The position numbers were made by a program, and so were the translations under genes. Under the pieces are notes generated by a model. That model was not told the origin of the DNA. It worked only from the letters and a program-made list of their open reading frames with translations, and did no database searches. 64,000 nucleotides of DNA from Bigelowiella natans CCMP2755 (taxonomy: Eukaryota > Protista > Cercozoa), in the NCBI GenBank assembly GCA_000320545.1, contig ADNK01000824.1, positions 65,714 to 129,713 of the forward strand, read 5' to 3'. This document shows positions 1 to 13,784 of the stretch, one piece after another. Each line of letters opens with the position of its first letter. Within the stretch, counting starts at the first letter, position 1.

Positions 1-1037
1 ACACGTCGATTGTACTGTTTCGAGCGCTGGTAGAGCCCTTCGTGAGTAGTTCTCTTGGCAACGAGGCCTTTGAGTGTTTTTCGAGGGCCATCTGCTCCGG
101 TGTGGTACTTCGTTGTCTCAAGGTGGAAATTCTGCGTGAAAGCCGTCTGTTTGGCCTGGTTGGTTGTTCCCTCCTTATCATACCCAGTCCACTGCATGGT
201 GGCTGTGCGGTTCTTTGGGCTTATGCTCGGGTCAGGGCCATGCCTTTTCAAAAAAAAATTATTAGTTTATTGATGGAGTTAAGATGGGATGCAGTGGTGA
301 GTTCTCTCTTCTGGCAAAGGCCATGCAACGACCAAAAAAAAGCTTCGAAACACCCCTATTTTATCACTATATGAAAATCTCGTTAGGAGAGAGACATTGC
401 TGGTTGCCGACTGGAAATAAACAGAATATAGGGTAAGGCATAAAAAATGTTATTTTCGATCTTGTACATCTCCACTGATCTGTTCTCCAGCATGTGCATA
501 TGTGCACGCGTGTGCGTGTGTGTTTTCTGCATAATGCCGCTCACATGAAGGCTGAGTCCTTATCAACGATCTTGTACTTAGGCATACTGATCTCCTTATG
601 CCACAGCTTGTTGTTAGTCGCCCACCTGTAAGAGCATAGCGTGCATCAGCTGTGCAAGCGCTCAACCTCATACTAACGACAGCACTGTACTGACACAAAA
701 GTTTCAGTGTTTCAGTGGAAACCAACAACAATTCGAGTGGCACCTCCACCACACTAGAGATGGTGCTCATTCATGCCCATGCAAGCTGCAAAAGAGTAGG
801 TGACGTACGGTGGAGAGCCGCAGCTGATGTGCAGGTAATTGGTTGGGTTGCGGTGCTTCTCTCCCTCGATCTTGTACCTTGATGAATTATGGACATATCA
901 TTGAATACTAGATACATGTAAGTGGTGTACGTGCATAATAATATGTAGCTATAAGTATAAATTTTACGATAGTTTGTTTCCCTTCAACTAGGTAGGCTAC
1001 TCCTCTCCCTCATATTTAAAGATTTACTAACCAAGTT

Positions 1038-1073
<36 letters not shown>

Positions 1074-1549
1074 AGCCACTACTATTTTGTTCTTCTTCTA
1101 CTCTGAATCTTGACCATCATCATACCTTGGCTTTGGTTTGTCCTCGTCCTCCTTAAACACTACATCGCGAAACTCAGGTCTACGGCCGTATCTAAAAGTG
1201 TAAATCAATAAGCGCCACAGGAAGCACACACACACACACACACGCACGCACGCACCCACGTACATATTAGCGTGTTTATCGGTATTAACGACATGCGAAC
1301 TGTTCATGGGTCGCATATGCATCTTAAAGGCCATAGACAATACGATGTATCACCTACACCGTCGATAGAAGACCAAAAAGGCTACACCCTCCTCCCCCTC
1401 CCCTCAAAGCATCTTATTCTGCAATTCATTACCCGGAGATAAGTTTCTTTCTGCTGGGGGATCTTGGCTTACCCATTTCATCGGGTGAAAAGACCAGCTG
1501 CGGAGACAGGAAGAATACCAGAAACATGTTTGTTTCATATTAGTACGAA

Positions 1550-1598
<49 letters not shown>

Positions 1599-2684
1599 AT
1601 CTTTCTTTTCTCTCTCTCCTCTCTCTTCCCACACCCAACAACTCCCCACATGGGTGAGGATTGAGTAGGAAAATTGTTTTAAAACAAAGATAATTTCGAA
1701 AAAGACAATGAGTGATGCAAGAAACAATGCCTATCATCAGGTCTACTGGCACTGAGTCTTATCGGGGGATGAACACCATAGATGAGCTCATTCGCTATGT
1801 AATTTTCATGGTATAATCTGGAAATCGTTCGTTTTGTGTATTTCGGAGCGGCACCTTGTAGAACGAGTGTGGAACGATATTGGCCGTCACAGAGCCCTTA
1901 TACAGTGCGCTGTCTGTGTCATCAACCATATCGGCCAGGGCTTCTCCAATCTCGGTTGCGTCCTGATGGCAATGATGGTGACGAGTTGTTACGGCGGCAC
2001 GATGGTTCTTGCGATAATACCGAGTGCGCAACTATGGTCGGCCGTGGAAGGAGCCGAGCTCAACTATTCCTCTATGAGAGACGAATGTGGTGTGGTGATC
2101 TCTGTGCGTGCATGCGTGCCTGCGTGCGTGCGTGCGTGTGAGCATGCAGCAGGAAGTATTGATGGCTCAGATTTCACCAACGATGATTACAGACTACAAT
2201 GTCGTGACGATATAGATAGTGATAACGTAGCGCCCGAGCACCCCAGCGGTACTCGAAGTATTACCTTTTCGTCGCCCTCCGTCGGTAGGATGGTTAGCCT
2301 GGAGTTTGGCGTGTTTCATAAACCGTCAATAAATGTATGCGTGTGTAATATTGTACGAGTATGAGTTGTATATGTTATCCGTGAGGATGGCGGTTCTATT
2401 GCGTGTGCGACGCTTGTTTTCTACTTAACTGGACTACGGTCTGAGACTTCGGGATGATATCCTGAATCTTGAAGTACTTCTTGTCCACGTTTAGAATGTT
2501 GGATAGGTCCGCTATTAGCTGGAAGGATAGAAAGAAAGAAAGAGGTGTGAGAACAATGATCATCACGTACCGGAGAATGCTCCCCAGACAATAACTATGC
2601 CTCATATATACACATACATAAGGCATGCTGCTAGTTTTGCTAGTGCTTTAAATCTTTTCCACAAGTCGCACTTGCTCTCTCGGC

Positions 2685-2724
<40 letters not shown>

Positions 2725-2983
2725 GCGATGATGCCTATCAAGATGGGGGTCCTCATCACCCAGTCTCGGAATTTTTGTCGGCTGCTTGAACCAGCAGGAA
2801 TCGTAAACCCCTCTACATTGAAGGCCATTTCGATGTCAACGCCCTTCAAGGTGCCAGTTCCGGAAAACCTAAGTCGTTGTTGCATGTTACACTTAACACA
2901 TCAATTTCAGCCATTCGTTGGAGTCATGTTCTCCAACAAAGGAAAAAGAGCAGCAAACCGAGATATTTCACAGATGCTTGTAT

Positions 2984-3030
<47 letters not shown>

Positions 3031-3049
3031 GTATATATTATGTGTGTGC

Positions 3050-3104
<55 letters not shown>

Positions 3105-4118
3105 ATATGCGCGTATGTACGTATTACAATCACTATCGTTGTAGATGTCAGTGGAGTTACAAACCCTCTTTTATATGAGCTTAGGAAGTGTTTCGGGAAC
3201 CCAGCTTGCTCTTGAAAGCTAAAGTAAGAATGGAGGCGGAGATGAAGAAACGGTTGTGTAGTGGGAGGGTGCGAGGTAGAGCAAAATAGGATGGTAACGG
3301 TATTCTTTCGCGTAGCTTATCAACAATGCTGCCTCCTACCGTCACATAATCATCCTCGCAGCTGTTACTACTACTTACTTGACGGAGTTGCGTTTCTTTA
3401 TCTGTGCACGTATCACTGGATGCGTGGAGTGGACAAGAACATGCCCGGGCTTCTCCGGTGCATGCTGGAGGTCGGGAAAGTTCGTCGTGAAGCTGAGGGT
3501 CGTTATTCGTAACAGCAACAGTCACATAAAATAATCAGCGACAAAGCATCCCATCTTGCTACGAGCTCTTCTACTAAATCGTATTCGAATAAATAACCCT
3601 GATCGGTTGTCCTTTTGTAAAATTGTATCCATCGGTCTTAAATTTCGCTTCATAGCCTCGACCGGGCTCCTATAAGCCCCTTTCGTAGTCGGCTCCTTCA
3701 CCAGCAGCGTACCCTGGTAGTTGTATGAATATGTCAGATTGCTGCTTTTAAAAAATAATGGCAACGAAAATGAGGCTAAACAAGAGCCACAAGTCACAAT
3801 TTTGGAGCATTATCAACAATATAACTCCGATGAAAGAGATTCTGGTAATGAGCTGTCCGGTTTTTCAAATTGTAAGTTAGTTCGAGAAGTGAGAAGTGAC
3901 AACTGTGCGCGAAGTACCGATGATTTAACTTCGTTATTCCGAACGAAACCATTTCTTAGAGGTAGCCCACTCACTCCTGATTTGGGTGCGAGATCCCTAG
4001 ATTCTTTTTTTGATTTGAAAGAAAACGCGTAATTTGTACGAAACGGTGTCGTCCTCTTCGCAGTGGGGCTGATGGTGGCCGTTTCGTTGTTGTTGTTATG
4101 TGCCCATCCTAATAATAA

Positions 4119-4150
<32 letters not shown>

Positions 4151-4671
4151 TATATGCATGCACTATCATTACCGCTTACATCAAAAGATAAAACCAATAT
4201 ACAACAAGCAAGAAGATGCCTAGATATGCATCTTATGTATGTCTCAATAGTTCGCACCTGAGTGGTTCTGGCGGTGATGAGCTGTTTGTGTTTTGGGCCG
4301 CGTGGCCATTACGTAGGCATTCGTTGAAGCATTCCTCGTATGATATGGATCGATAATATCTGTGTTTTGAGTGTGCGAGAACACATTCCTGGCTAATATT
4401 TGCGTTCGAAGTGACATGCTGCAGTCGGTAGTTCGTTGCTGCTCGTTGCCCCGTGTTCTCCGCTGTAGATGCACCGCCCAATCTCAAGAAAAGGCTCAAA
4501 CTGGAAGTGACTCGCTGAGAACTTCGAAGAAGAAAGGCAGGTCGATTTGGGCAGGCAGAAAGTTAGTCCTCCCTTTGTTCGATCAGGGTAGGGGAGGGAA
4601 AAGTGAGTTGTCGTACGCGTCCACTGCAAGAACGCAGGCCCTTCGCGCGATACCTCTGAAGATATCCAGCA
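1..4671 (-). CDS. Multi-exon hypothetical protein, 3' end outside the window; 5' end uncertain (3180-4671 could be a separate part or gene)
   Basis: Phase-consistent GT-AG exons on the minus strand: YGRRPEFRDVVFKEDEDKPKPR (~1126-1192), YKIEGEKHRNPTNYLHISCGSP (~810-878), WATNNKLWHKEISMPKYKIVDKDSAF (~545-625), HGPDPSISPKNRTATMQWTGYDKEG...NRR (1-243, open to the edge). Upstream exons include LIADLSNILNVDKKYFKIQDII (~2440-2520) and FSGTGTLKGVDIEMAFNVEGFTIP (~2760-2870). No family recognised. Confidence 0.55.
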
Positions 4672-5344
4672 TACATATTCTGCGTAATCTTTCTGCTAAT
4701 GTCGAAATTAGACCTATTTACATATCAAAGACATCCTAAATTTTGTACTATAGTAGGAAATATACGGCGTTCAAGCAGGCTTGTAACGCTGTATGGGCTA
4801 AAAATTGCCTCGGGATGCGTTTCCCTCTAAAATAGATATAAAAAATGCCTTACACTTTTTCGAATAATGATCTATTTTTGTTGTCGTATTGGTTGAAATA
4901 GAATCATTTTTAGGCTCAGCGAATTCATAGCGAACTGCAGAGTTCGGTCAAACCCATCATCGCTATGAGAAACGCTTTGATGACTTTTACATAGCTGCGA
5001 CAACAAATCGGAGGCGAGAACGGATGATAGCGTCGAGGGTCTAAGTCCAGAAATCGTGGGGAATTAGCCTACAGAATAATGTTGCGACAAGGTCGAATCG
5101 ATATCGCAGCCTCGGAGAGTAACTCCGTAACGCTCGTATCTCTCGGAGAAATCCGATTGTACGAGTAGCCTTCAAATGAGAGCTCGTTGAAGCGAATGAA
5201 AGCGAGTTAAGCGGTTTCGAGAGGACCACATAGCTGCGCTCGCTCCACACCCCGTTAAAGGATCCTTGCTCTAGTCCCTTCGAGTATCCTAGACAACAGA
5301 GGCAGTGGGGAAACAAATCGCCAACTTCTTTTTAACGAGACAAA

Positions 5345-6892
5345 ATGGACTCAGCTAGCACCGAGTATCTTCTCTCGGCAGTAATATGTTGGGTCTTTGT
5401 GGTCGTCGTCGGGGCGATATATGCTGTTCGCTGTTACTCGGCCCAAGTCAAGGTCTCTGAGATCCATGTTAGTGCGTCAGCCATCTTAGCTGCAATGTCG
5501 TGCCGGAGCATATGGTTCACGCTGCGCTACCAGGGGGATAGGCACACAGTCTACAACTTCATTCTCAATCGGATGAGCATTTTGCTTTTATTCACTGGTA
5601 AATGGAGAAAAACGAATAGATTCCCTTCAATTATATCCTCTGTCTTCCTCGAGAGTCTCATTCATCCAAATCATTTAAGTTTCCTGCACAGAAAGTTTTA
5701 CTTACTTCCTTGGTTAGGGTTCACCGTTTACATGCAGAGCTGGGCAATATGCGCAATTAGTATCATGATGGAGAAGTCGGAGGCTGTATACTCAAATAAG
5801 ATCATACGCTGGGTTTGAATGCATTTTCCATATAACATCATAGAGCGACGTTATTTACTGCTTTTGTGGCAGACAACGTTGGGACTGAATGTGCTATTCT
5901 ACGTGGTGATCATGGCAATTTCCGCCGCCCTTTACGAGCACGAATGCGGGAATTTGAGAAAGTAAATTAAAATCAAAACTCTATTGGTGTCAAGTCAATA
6001 CACATGCACGTATCCACACACTCTCCACAATATCATCATCATCATCATCATCATCACCATTATCATAACGTCGCATTAGGTGCTATCATGACGGAATTTT
6101 CATCCTTGGCCTTATGTTTTTCGTTATGGCGACGACATTTCTCGGCTCTGGTGCATACATGATGCGGTCTCTTGCTCACGCGAAGAGAGGGGCTAGGGGT
6201 GATATCTTGGTAAATCAAGGACTCGACACCATCGCCAAAAAAATCGTTCTTGTCGGGACGCTGTGCTTCGTCTGTTTCTCGGTGCAAGCTGCGCTGTGGA
6301 TGTGGTCGGGGATCAAGGGAAGGCAAAGTAGCAAAGACTCGCCGCCTCGCTGGACATATCCTTGGTTTTTCTACACGGTAGCTCAACCTGCATTCAGAAG
6401 AAGCAATCATTTATACACCGTTCTTAGTCGAGATTATCCTTTAAAGTATTATTGCCCTCCTTTCAAAACCTTCATATGATACAATGCAGCTACTACCCAC
6501 GAAACAGTACAGATAAGGCCTATTAGTAACTTACCGACTTTTACAAGAGGGGAAGAGCTGAAACGAACTCTTGCTATTTCTTATTCATTCATTTTTGTTT
6601 TTCTCCTTTCTCTTAGATCGTCGAGATTGTACCAGCGGCATGCTTCTTTGCTGTAGTTCCGAAGGTTGGAACAACAGAAGGATGCATAAACGAGCAGGAG
6701 AAAATCGAGCCTTTGGTAGACAGAAAGAGCGGGATCCTCATTCATAACAACAAAAGCCAGCCGGCTGGAATAGAAGGGTCCTCAACCGAATCATCGCGAG
6801 ACATATACCCAGTGAATTACAAATCAAGCCCCTTCTCTATAGGCAGTGAGTTTGCATACTTCAACGAAGGTGGGTTATCCTATCGAATTTAA
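5345..6892 (+). CDS. THH1/TOM1/TOM3 (DUF1084) / GPR137-like multi-pass membrane protein
   Basis: ATG at 5345. Spliced product has several TM helices: MSCRSIWFTL, FILNRMSILLLFTGFTVYMQSW, TFLGSGAYMMRSL, KKIVLVGTLCFVCFSVQA, and FFYT|IVEIVPAACFFAV (matches the family's YY-x-VEILP helix). Last exon starts at 6618; TAA at 6890-6892. Confidence 0.75.
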
Positions 6893-7365
6893 GAGAGAGT
6901 ATTACATGCACAAAGCCAAGAGAACTGAGCAATTTTCCCTCAGTCTTAACCCAGTGAGCAACAACTCAATGCGCATGGTGGCGTTTGTTTCCACAGCAGG
7001 CCATTAAAAGCATCTTATTTTTATCTGTCTCACAGGCAAAAGCAGTGAAGAGTCGTCATTTCCAGACAAAAGGGTCGAGGGTGTTTCCATCCCAAAATCA
7101 ATCAACAGCACCGCGGCGAAGGCAGCAGCTCTTCGTGCGCCGCCACGATTGAGGACCCCATCCTCCCTTGGGCCTTACTCACCAGCAGAATGACGATCCA
7201 AATTTCGAATAATAAAAATGACATTGAATCGGAAGCAAGAGGTATCTGAGAATAAGGAAACATGAAAGGCCACGTACCAACGATCAACTTTGTCTTCCTA
7301 TAAAAGTAATCTCGTAATGTACACTACTGAGTAACAACGGCTGTACGATTGGTGAATATGCCTAG

Positions 7366-7842
7366 TGTGAGACAGATGTAATGATATTTAAATCTTTTCA
7401 ATAGTTAGAGTTATTCTAATGTATAAATGTAGCTATGCAAAGCTAGGAAGCAGCTAGCAGCTACAGCGCTTATGCATACTATATATGAACCTTTGCTTAC
7501 GACATACACACACTAGACACAATGTATGCTATATGAATGCTTGCGCAGCGCGATCTAGCGACGGCACACGCTAGCACGTACATACAAGGAGCATCTAGAC
7601 ATATTAACACATGGCTGCCACGCGCAAAGTCTCCTTATTGGCCACTAATTTAGCATGGTAGCTCTACAAATAATGTCCTCATCAGATGCTTTCAAATACA
7701 TGAAGCACAGAATAGCCGAGACAAATAGACACAACCTAAGCGCTGTAGCCTCTGCCTTAAAGCTGCTTTGCATAGCTACATATCGTATAATATTAGGATG
7801 ACTGTTGAAAATTTTTAATCACTTCATTACATCCGTCTCACA
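7366..7842. repeat. Degenerate long inverted repeat (~107-bp arms, ~265-bp spacer), MITE/foldback-like
   Basis: Left arm 7366-7472 has TGTGAGACAGATGTAATGA ... ATGTAGCTATGCAAAGC ... GCTACAGCGCTTA. Right arm 7737-7842 has the reverse complements in mirror order: TAAGCGCTGTAGC ... GCTTTGCATAGCTACAT ... TCATTACATCCGTCTCACA. Confidence 0.7.
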
Positions 7843-8202
7843 AATGCCCTTGTGCATCATATGTCGTTTGTCTAGATGTCACAAGCAGCTGCTACATGTC
7901 ACGCTTCAATGCGGGCATAGTGTAGAAGCACGCTTGCATGCTGAGACTACGTGATAAGCGGGAAGCGGCATCGCAGCGCATGAAGATGACATAAACAAGT
8001 ACACCGCATGTCACACAACGTTACGTGTGATATGACCGAAGCTGCTGAACAATACATGCTTAATTATTATGATGCTCCATCAATAAGCACGATCAACTAT
8101 ACATGTGTGCAGCACGCATGATCGATGCATAACGTTAATCTGATACAACAACTATACCAACGTCGTAACATAAACCAATTAAAATATCTAGCGCAACTGA
8201 TC

Positions 8203-9544
8203 TCACTCGCCCTGCAAGCGAAGGCGGATACGAGCAAATCCTCGGCCAAAATCGCGCCAATCGCCACCCAAGCGACGGAAGACGACGACGGAGCCCTCTT
8301 TCGGAGACTGAAAGAATGATACTAGCTCAGGTGGCCAGCTGACTGACCTCAAAACACAACTACCAAATGCACACTACTTCTCCTAAATACTGCTGCTACT
8401 ATTACTACCACTACTATTACCAAAGGCGCTTTCTCCCAGATCTCCTCGCCTTCCATGGGGCCGTACATTTCCGTGAAATCCTCTAGTGTGTAGTATTTGC
8501 CATCACTCGTATCGAGCCGCCGCTCTTCCCCCACCTCCTCCTCCTCGTTCTCCACCTTCTTCTTCTCTCCTTCTTTTCCCTGTCCTGATGTTGCGGATGA
8601 TTTCTCGCCTTCGCCATCGCTATACACTGTGGCCTCGAAGGAGCATTCCTGTGTGGTGGCCAAGTGAGGTAGAGGGGGTTGGATATGACAAGAGAATTTA
8701 GGGGGGGGGGGGGGGGGCGATAAGGAATAGTCGACTGGGACAACAAAATTGCATGTGGTGGCAGAGAACCTCGTAGCAATATAGCAAGGATGATGGTTGC
8801 TAATACGAGTAGTACTTGACTACCTTTTTGTCTTTTATTGTCGTAATTTCGAAGCGCAAGCCTGGTCCGTACTCTAGTCCGCGCACCTGGGGATAGTGAT
8901 GATATCAACGTTGTTTGTTGTTGTTTGTTGTTGTTGATGATGATGATAATGATGTGACGTCCTCTTATGAAGCAGCTGCAGTAAGAATCTATAATGATTA
9001 CCCACCTCTTTGCCAAGTTGGCCAATAACCTCCGCAAGTTTCCGGTACGCATCGAGTGGCGCGATCCTTTGCACCTCGACTTGAAGGCGGCCGCCCACTG
9101 CATCTTCTCTCTTCAGCAGAGGGGCTTTCTCGCCATGCAGCCTCAATATTGCATCGATGCTCTCCTTGCTAATCGCCTGTGGTGTACAACAAAATTGTTA
9201 ATTATTTTTGCTCAGGAAAAACGAAGATTTACTGGCAAAGCAATGATGACGAATCTATTGTTGTTTTGGTTCCTCTGGAACTCAAACCTCAAAACTAAAG
9301 AGATATCAATAATGATGTACACCTCCTTGAGACGCTTGTTAACTGAGCTTTCCGTAGTACTGGTGTCGGGATCGATGACATCCCGGTAGATTATGTGCTC
9401 TCCAGGCTTGGAATTGGTCACCTCCTGGCCCTTCGTCAGCATTTGTTCCATCTCACCCTGAGAGAGGCTTTTGCGGTCGGCAAGAGCTGTGAAGAACGGA
9501 AGGAGGAGACGGGGGAGGAGGACAACCCGAAGAAAAGGCGAGAG

Positions 9545-9587
<43 letters not shown>

Positions 9588-10098
9588 CCACGGTGATATA
9601 TACTAACACGGAGCAAATCATCAACGACAATAAACGATTACGATCTGCTTCGCTTCTGCTATATATATTCTTTTTGGGATATGCGTATGCGTGACAATTT
9701 GCAAGGGAAAGATCTACCTTTCGCAAGGTTCTCCTGTGGGAGGATCTTCTCCTGATACCAGGGATGTGCCTTTATCTGAGATAGGTCGTAACGGTTGCGA
9801 ACGGACACTTCTAGCAACCTTCCGAGCAGGCTTTGCTGTTATCAGCCAAAAAAACGATTATCATTGCTGGGTATTGCAATCTTGGTTTTTCATTAAATAC
9901 ACAGTACACACACATAATGCACACACAGAGACGATTGCTACAACACCATTTAGAGTTGTTGTTGTCAATCATTGCATTCGTATATATTATTATTATTATT
10001 ATTATTATTATTACGAGCTCTCGCGACAAGTCCAGGTCGTTGGCGACTTTTTGGTGACCCGCCCAGAACCGATCCAAGTTCCTCTGCGTCACCTGAGA

Positions 10099-10131
<33 letters not shown>

Positions 10132-11172
10132 TAAATGCAGACACTCTTGTGGTCCTCCCACCACGAAAAGGTAGCAGAAGCTATGTTCATATCTTATACG
10201 TCTTTCAGTAGCTTACGATGGAGTGCTAGTCGCAGTAATAGTAGCAGTTTGCATGTGGTAGTAGTAGTAGTAGTAGTATTTGTAGTAGCAGTACTACCAA
10301 CGCATGCCACCAGTAGTCCGACTTCGAAGGTGACTGCACGAGAGGAGGGAAGGGGGAGGGGAAGAGGGGGAAGAGGGGGGGGCAAGGAGGAGGACAGGCC
10401 ATCAAAAGAACAAAATATGAATTGACGTACTGGGGAGCACGTGTTATCATCGTGTTATCATCTTGTTTGCTGGTTTTCTTATGTTTCCCCCTCCTCACGT
10501 ATTCCATCTCGTTCGCTGACTTTCTTCTTCTTTCACCCCGCTCCCTCCCTCCCTCCCCCCCCCCCTCTCCTCCAACCTATCTAAGTTGTTACCGAGTAAG
10601 GTGGGTACCCGACAAGCAGGATGAACAGAATAACCCCGAGCGACCAGACATCTGTCTTCTGCGTGTACGGTATGCCGGATAGAACCTCGGGCGCCATGTA
10701 AGCTAATGTGCCAACCTGCGTTTCCATTCCCTTCTTGGGTGCTAGCCGTGAGAACCCAAAATCGGCGATCTTCACCACGAAGTCCTTGTCCTTAAACACA
10801 ACGATAATTAACACGGAAGAGGGAGGGAGAGGGGTGGGGGAATCTTAATGAAATGGAATAACAAGTACATGTGCTTTTCTTTAATGCATTGCTGATCGTA
10901 GTGATGATTGATTGCACGCACCAGCAAGATATTTTCGGGTTTGAGATCCCTGTGGGCGATACCCGCATTGTGGCATGCCGACAGCCCTTCCACCAAAGAG
11001 TGGAAAATCGTCCTTCCGACTATCTCAGAGAACTTGCCCGCGGACAGCAAATGGTCCATCAATTCTCCATTCATTGCGAGCTCCAAGCCCAGAACACAGG
11101 CCAATTTTGAGGAACCATTGGGCTGCGGCACCTGTTGTAATAAAGATGAAAACATGGTGGATGTAGGAGAGA

Positions 11173-11207
<35 letters not shown>

Positions 11208-11722
11208 CTTTGCTGATAATAGGGGTTGGCGCGGGGGAATTCACCTGACATTCGAAGTCCATAAACTTCAATTTGAGCACATTCTTGTGCGCTATGGTCT
11301 TTAACATTTTGTACTCGGTCTCAAACGCCCGAATTCTCTCTAAAAATGTGGGGGGGGCATGAGCAGGAGAGTTCGCTGGAAGTGCAGAAGTGGCTTGTTT
11401 CGTGGTGTGTTGTTATTTGTCTTTCATACTCTTCCTCTCGTCTTTATTGACGTCCAGATATATGATCTTGAGGGCTATTCGTTCCCCCGTCTTAGGGTCT
11501 AATCCGATCTGAATGCGGGGGAGGGGAGGAATCGAGTGATGTTTCCACCCATCCTTCCATCTATAAAGGCAATAGCGAGGCTGTGGACACCACCACTACC
11601 ACAAAGAACACGCTATGTGTACTGCAACGTGAATGAGGTAGCACCTTTGTTAGGCCCGTCGCACCCTTTCCCAGGGTTTTGCCAAGTACGTACTTCCCGA
11701 TCTTCAAGTTCTTGCCGGACAT
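8203..11722 (-). CDS. Ser/Thr protein kinase, CAMK group (SNF1/MARK/BRSK-like), with a C-terminal KA1-like domain
   Basis: MSGKNLKIGKYVLGKTLGKGATG (Gly loop), IALKII, HRDLKPEN, IADFGFS, GTLAYMAPE, DVWSLGVILF. Last exon after the ttctttcag acceptor reads SPKEGSVVVFRRLGGDWRDFGRGFARIRLRLQGE*, resembling the KA1 C-terminus. Confidence 0.9.
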
Positions 11723-12155
11723 GCTGACCAATAATGGAGTTGTTCGGTTTAGGCTGCTGCTACTGTCACGGGGTATGTGTGTATGTATGTATGTATGTAT
11801 GTATGCATGTATGGACGTAGCTCTCTCATCCTCCTCCCCACTCTCATTTGACGTACTCAAAAGTTATTCAGATGACTCAGGAGGACAGGCGAGTTGTGTT
11901 AGGTAGGATGCACACGTCACTCGTGGAGGATGGATCCGGCTCAAAAATCAGGCAATTTCGGTAAAGTTGAGCTTCTTACGCTAACTCTAATATCTTTCTA
12001 GTAATAATCTCGATTACGCAGGGAAGCCCTGTGCTGAACACCAGGGATTTCATATATATTGTGCACTAAGCAATTCCGGAATAAGAAATCTCTTGTGCAC
12101 TACAACCACCATCCTCGGCTACGTTGCCGGGGTTTGTCATTACCTCAGGCTCCGA

Positions 12156-13203
12156 TGACCACTGGTCCTTTTCTCCTCACCAGCCGCCGAGGCGTGGGCA
12201 GATGCTCTCCTTCCTTTCTCGTCTGTTTCAGGTGGAATGCCACCTGGATCCATGAAGGAGGGGTTCGGTCAGATGTGGAAATTTCGATGACAATTTGTAC
12301 CGGCGAATTACAGGAAATCCTAGGAAATCCTAGGAAATCCTGGGAAATCATTACCGTACGACTACCAATACCCGATGTCGTTGCCGGAAAACAGGTGGCA
12401 CTCCTCGGGAGCGCATTCTTGGAACGAATCTTCTGTTCTATGATACGAGTACTTAAAATACGTATGCTCATTATGCATGTCGTAGGGATGAAAAGGGGCC
12501 TCTTTCTCAATTTTCGATGTCCATGCCATGTGTTGGTGAAAACTAGCGGAAAGCCCACCTTTGTTTTTCTCTTGTGCCGACGGTACAGGAGGAAACTCCC
12601 GACATTTTGGTCAAAATTGGTGGAAAGGATGCCATATTGGTACTGCGACAAGGTAAGTATCGCATGAATCCTTCTCCTGAAAAGAACAGCCTCCTCAATC
12701 TCCAAGAAAAGCACAAAAGAAAGGAAAATGGGGACCTGCATGCCTAGGTCCGTGCACACGCCTTGCTCCCTCATTTTACTCCGTTTCGAAGCCGAATCGC
12801 CATTCCGATAGTGTTGAGGATGTGATCCTTTGAAATACCGAAGGATTCTTTTCTTCCTCCTCACCAGTTGTTATTCCCAAAAGTGCACGTCGACAGCTAC
12901 GTCGGCCCCCCCTTCATGTTCTCAAAGCTTCAACTCAAACTATTCTGTGTTATTGCGCAGGAAAATTCAACAGTCTGCGAAGGATTTGATACCACAGGAT
13001 CGCCTTCGTGAGGCGCTGAAAAGACATATGGTTCCTGGCGTCTCCCTAGCGTGGTTTCGGGATGGTAAACTCTGGACTCAAGCTGCGGGGGCAGCGGTCA
13101 CAGGTGTTGCCCCTTTCTCGTGCTAACCCGTAGTATATTGATTTTATTGAAAGAGCTAACAGCTGTGTTGTTCTCTCCTATTTCTTTTTACTGTGCGGAA
13201 TTG

Positions 13204-13237
<34 letters not shown>

Positions 13238-13753
13238 CGGGTACAGAGGGTGCAGCAAGTGCCCCAGCAAAGAAGCTAATGACAGATAAGACATTCCTCG
13301 AGGTTTGTACCAGCAATAGATCGTAGATGTATAAAAATAGGGGGAGCGGGTATGAGTTTATTTGGATCGATGTGTTGTGTCGTTGTGCAGCTTGGAACAG
13401 GGATTACATGCCCTATCTGATTGTCAATGGGGTTTCCAGCAAAATTAACTAAATAAATTTCCTTAGATTGCATCTCTCAGCAAGACTGTGGCCTCTGCCT
13501 TCTGCATCGAGTTAGTAGTAGTTTTGCTCGTCATTATAATTCAATTTTATGCTCAACCAAGTGTGAAGATGTGTTTGTGGTGTGTGCGTGTATGTGTGTG
13601 TATGTGTGCATAAACAACTATTTTTGCACATTTAATTGTGTGTCTACCCTTGTCCGATATTCTTCCCATCTGCCAAATTGTTGTTCAGGTATTTCAATTC
13701 AAAGAGCATCAAGCTCGACAAACCAGTCAATGAGCTTCTTACGGTGCGAAGTA

Positions 13754-13784
<31 letters not shown>

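Noticed and set aside
457-877. Three copies of CGATCTTGTAC (457, 567, 867)
   Set aside because: Two copies are coding (Y-K-I codons in minus-strand exons) and spacing is irregular. Not a CRISPR or regulatory array.
1098-1100. Apparent stop codon ending a gene at 1098, which would give a tandem minus/minus pair
   Set aside because: A GTATGA donor at ~1125 splices in phase to the exon at ~878, so the gene continues to the window edge.
12145-12864. 239-aa minus-strand ORF
   Set aside because: No recognisable motif, and it lies antisense to plus-strand splice signals leading into the hydrolase gene.
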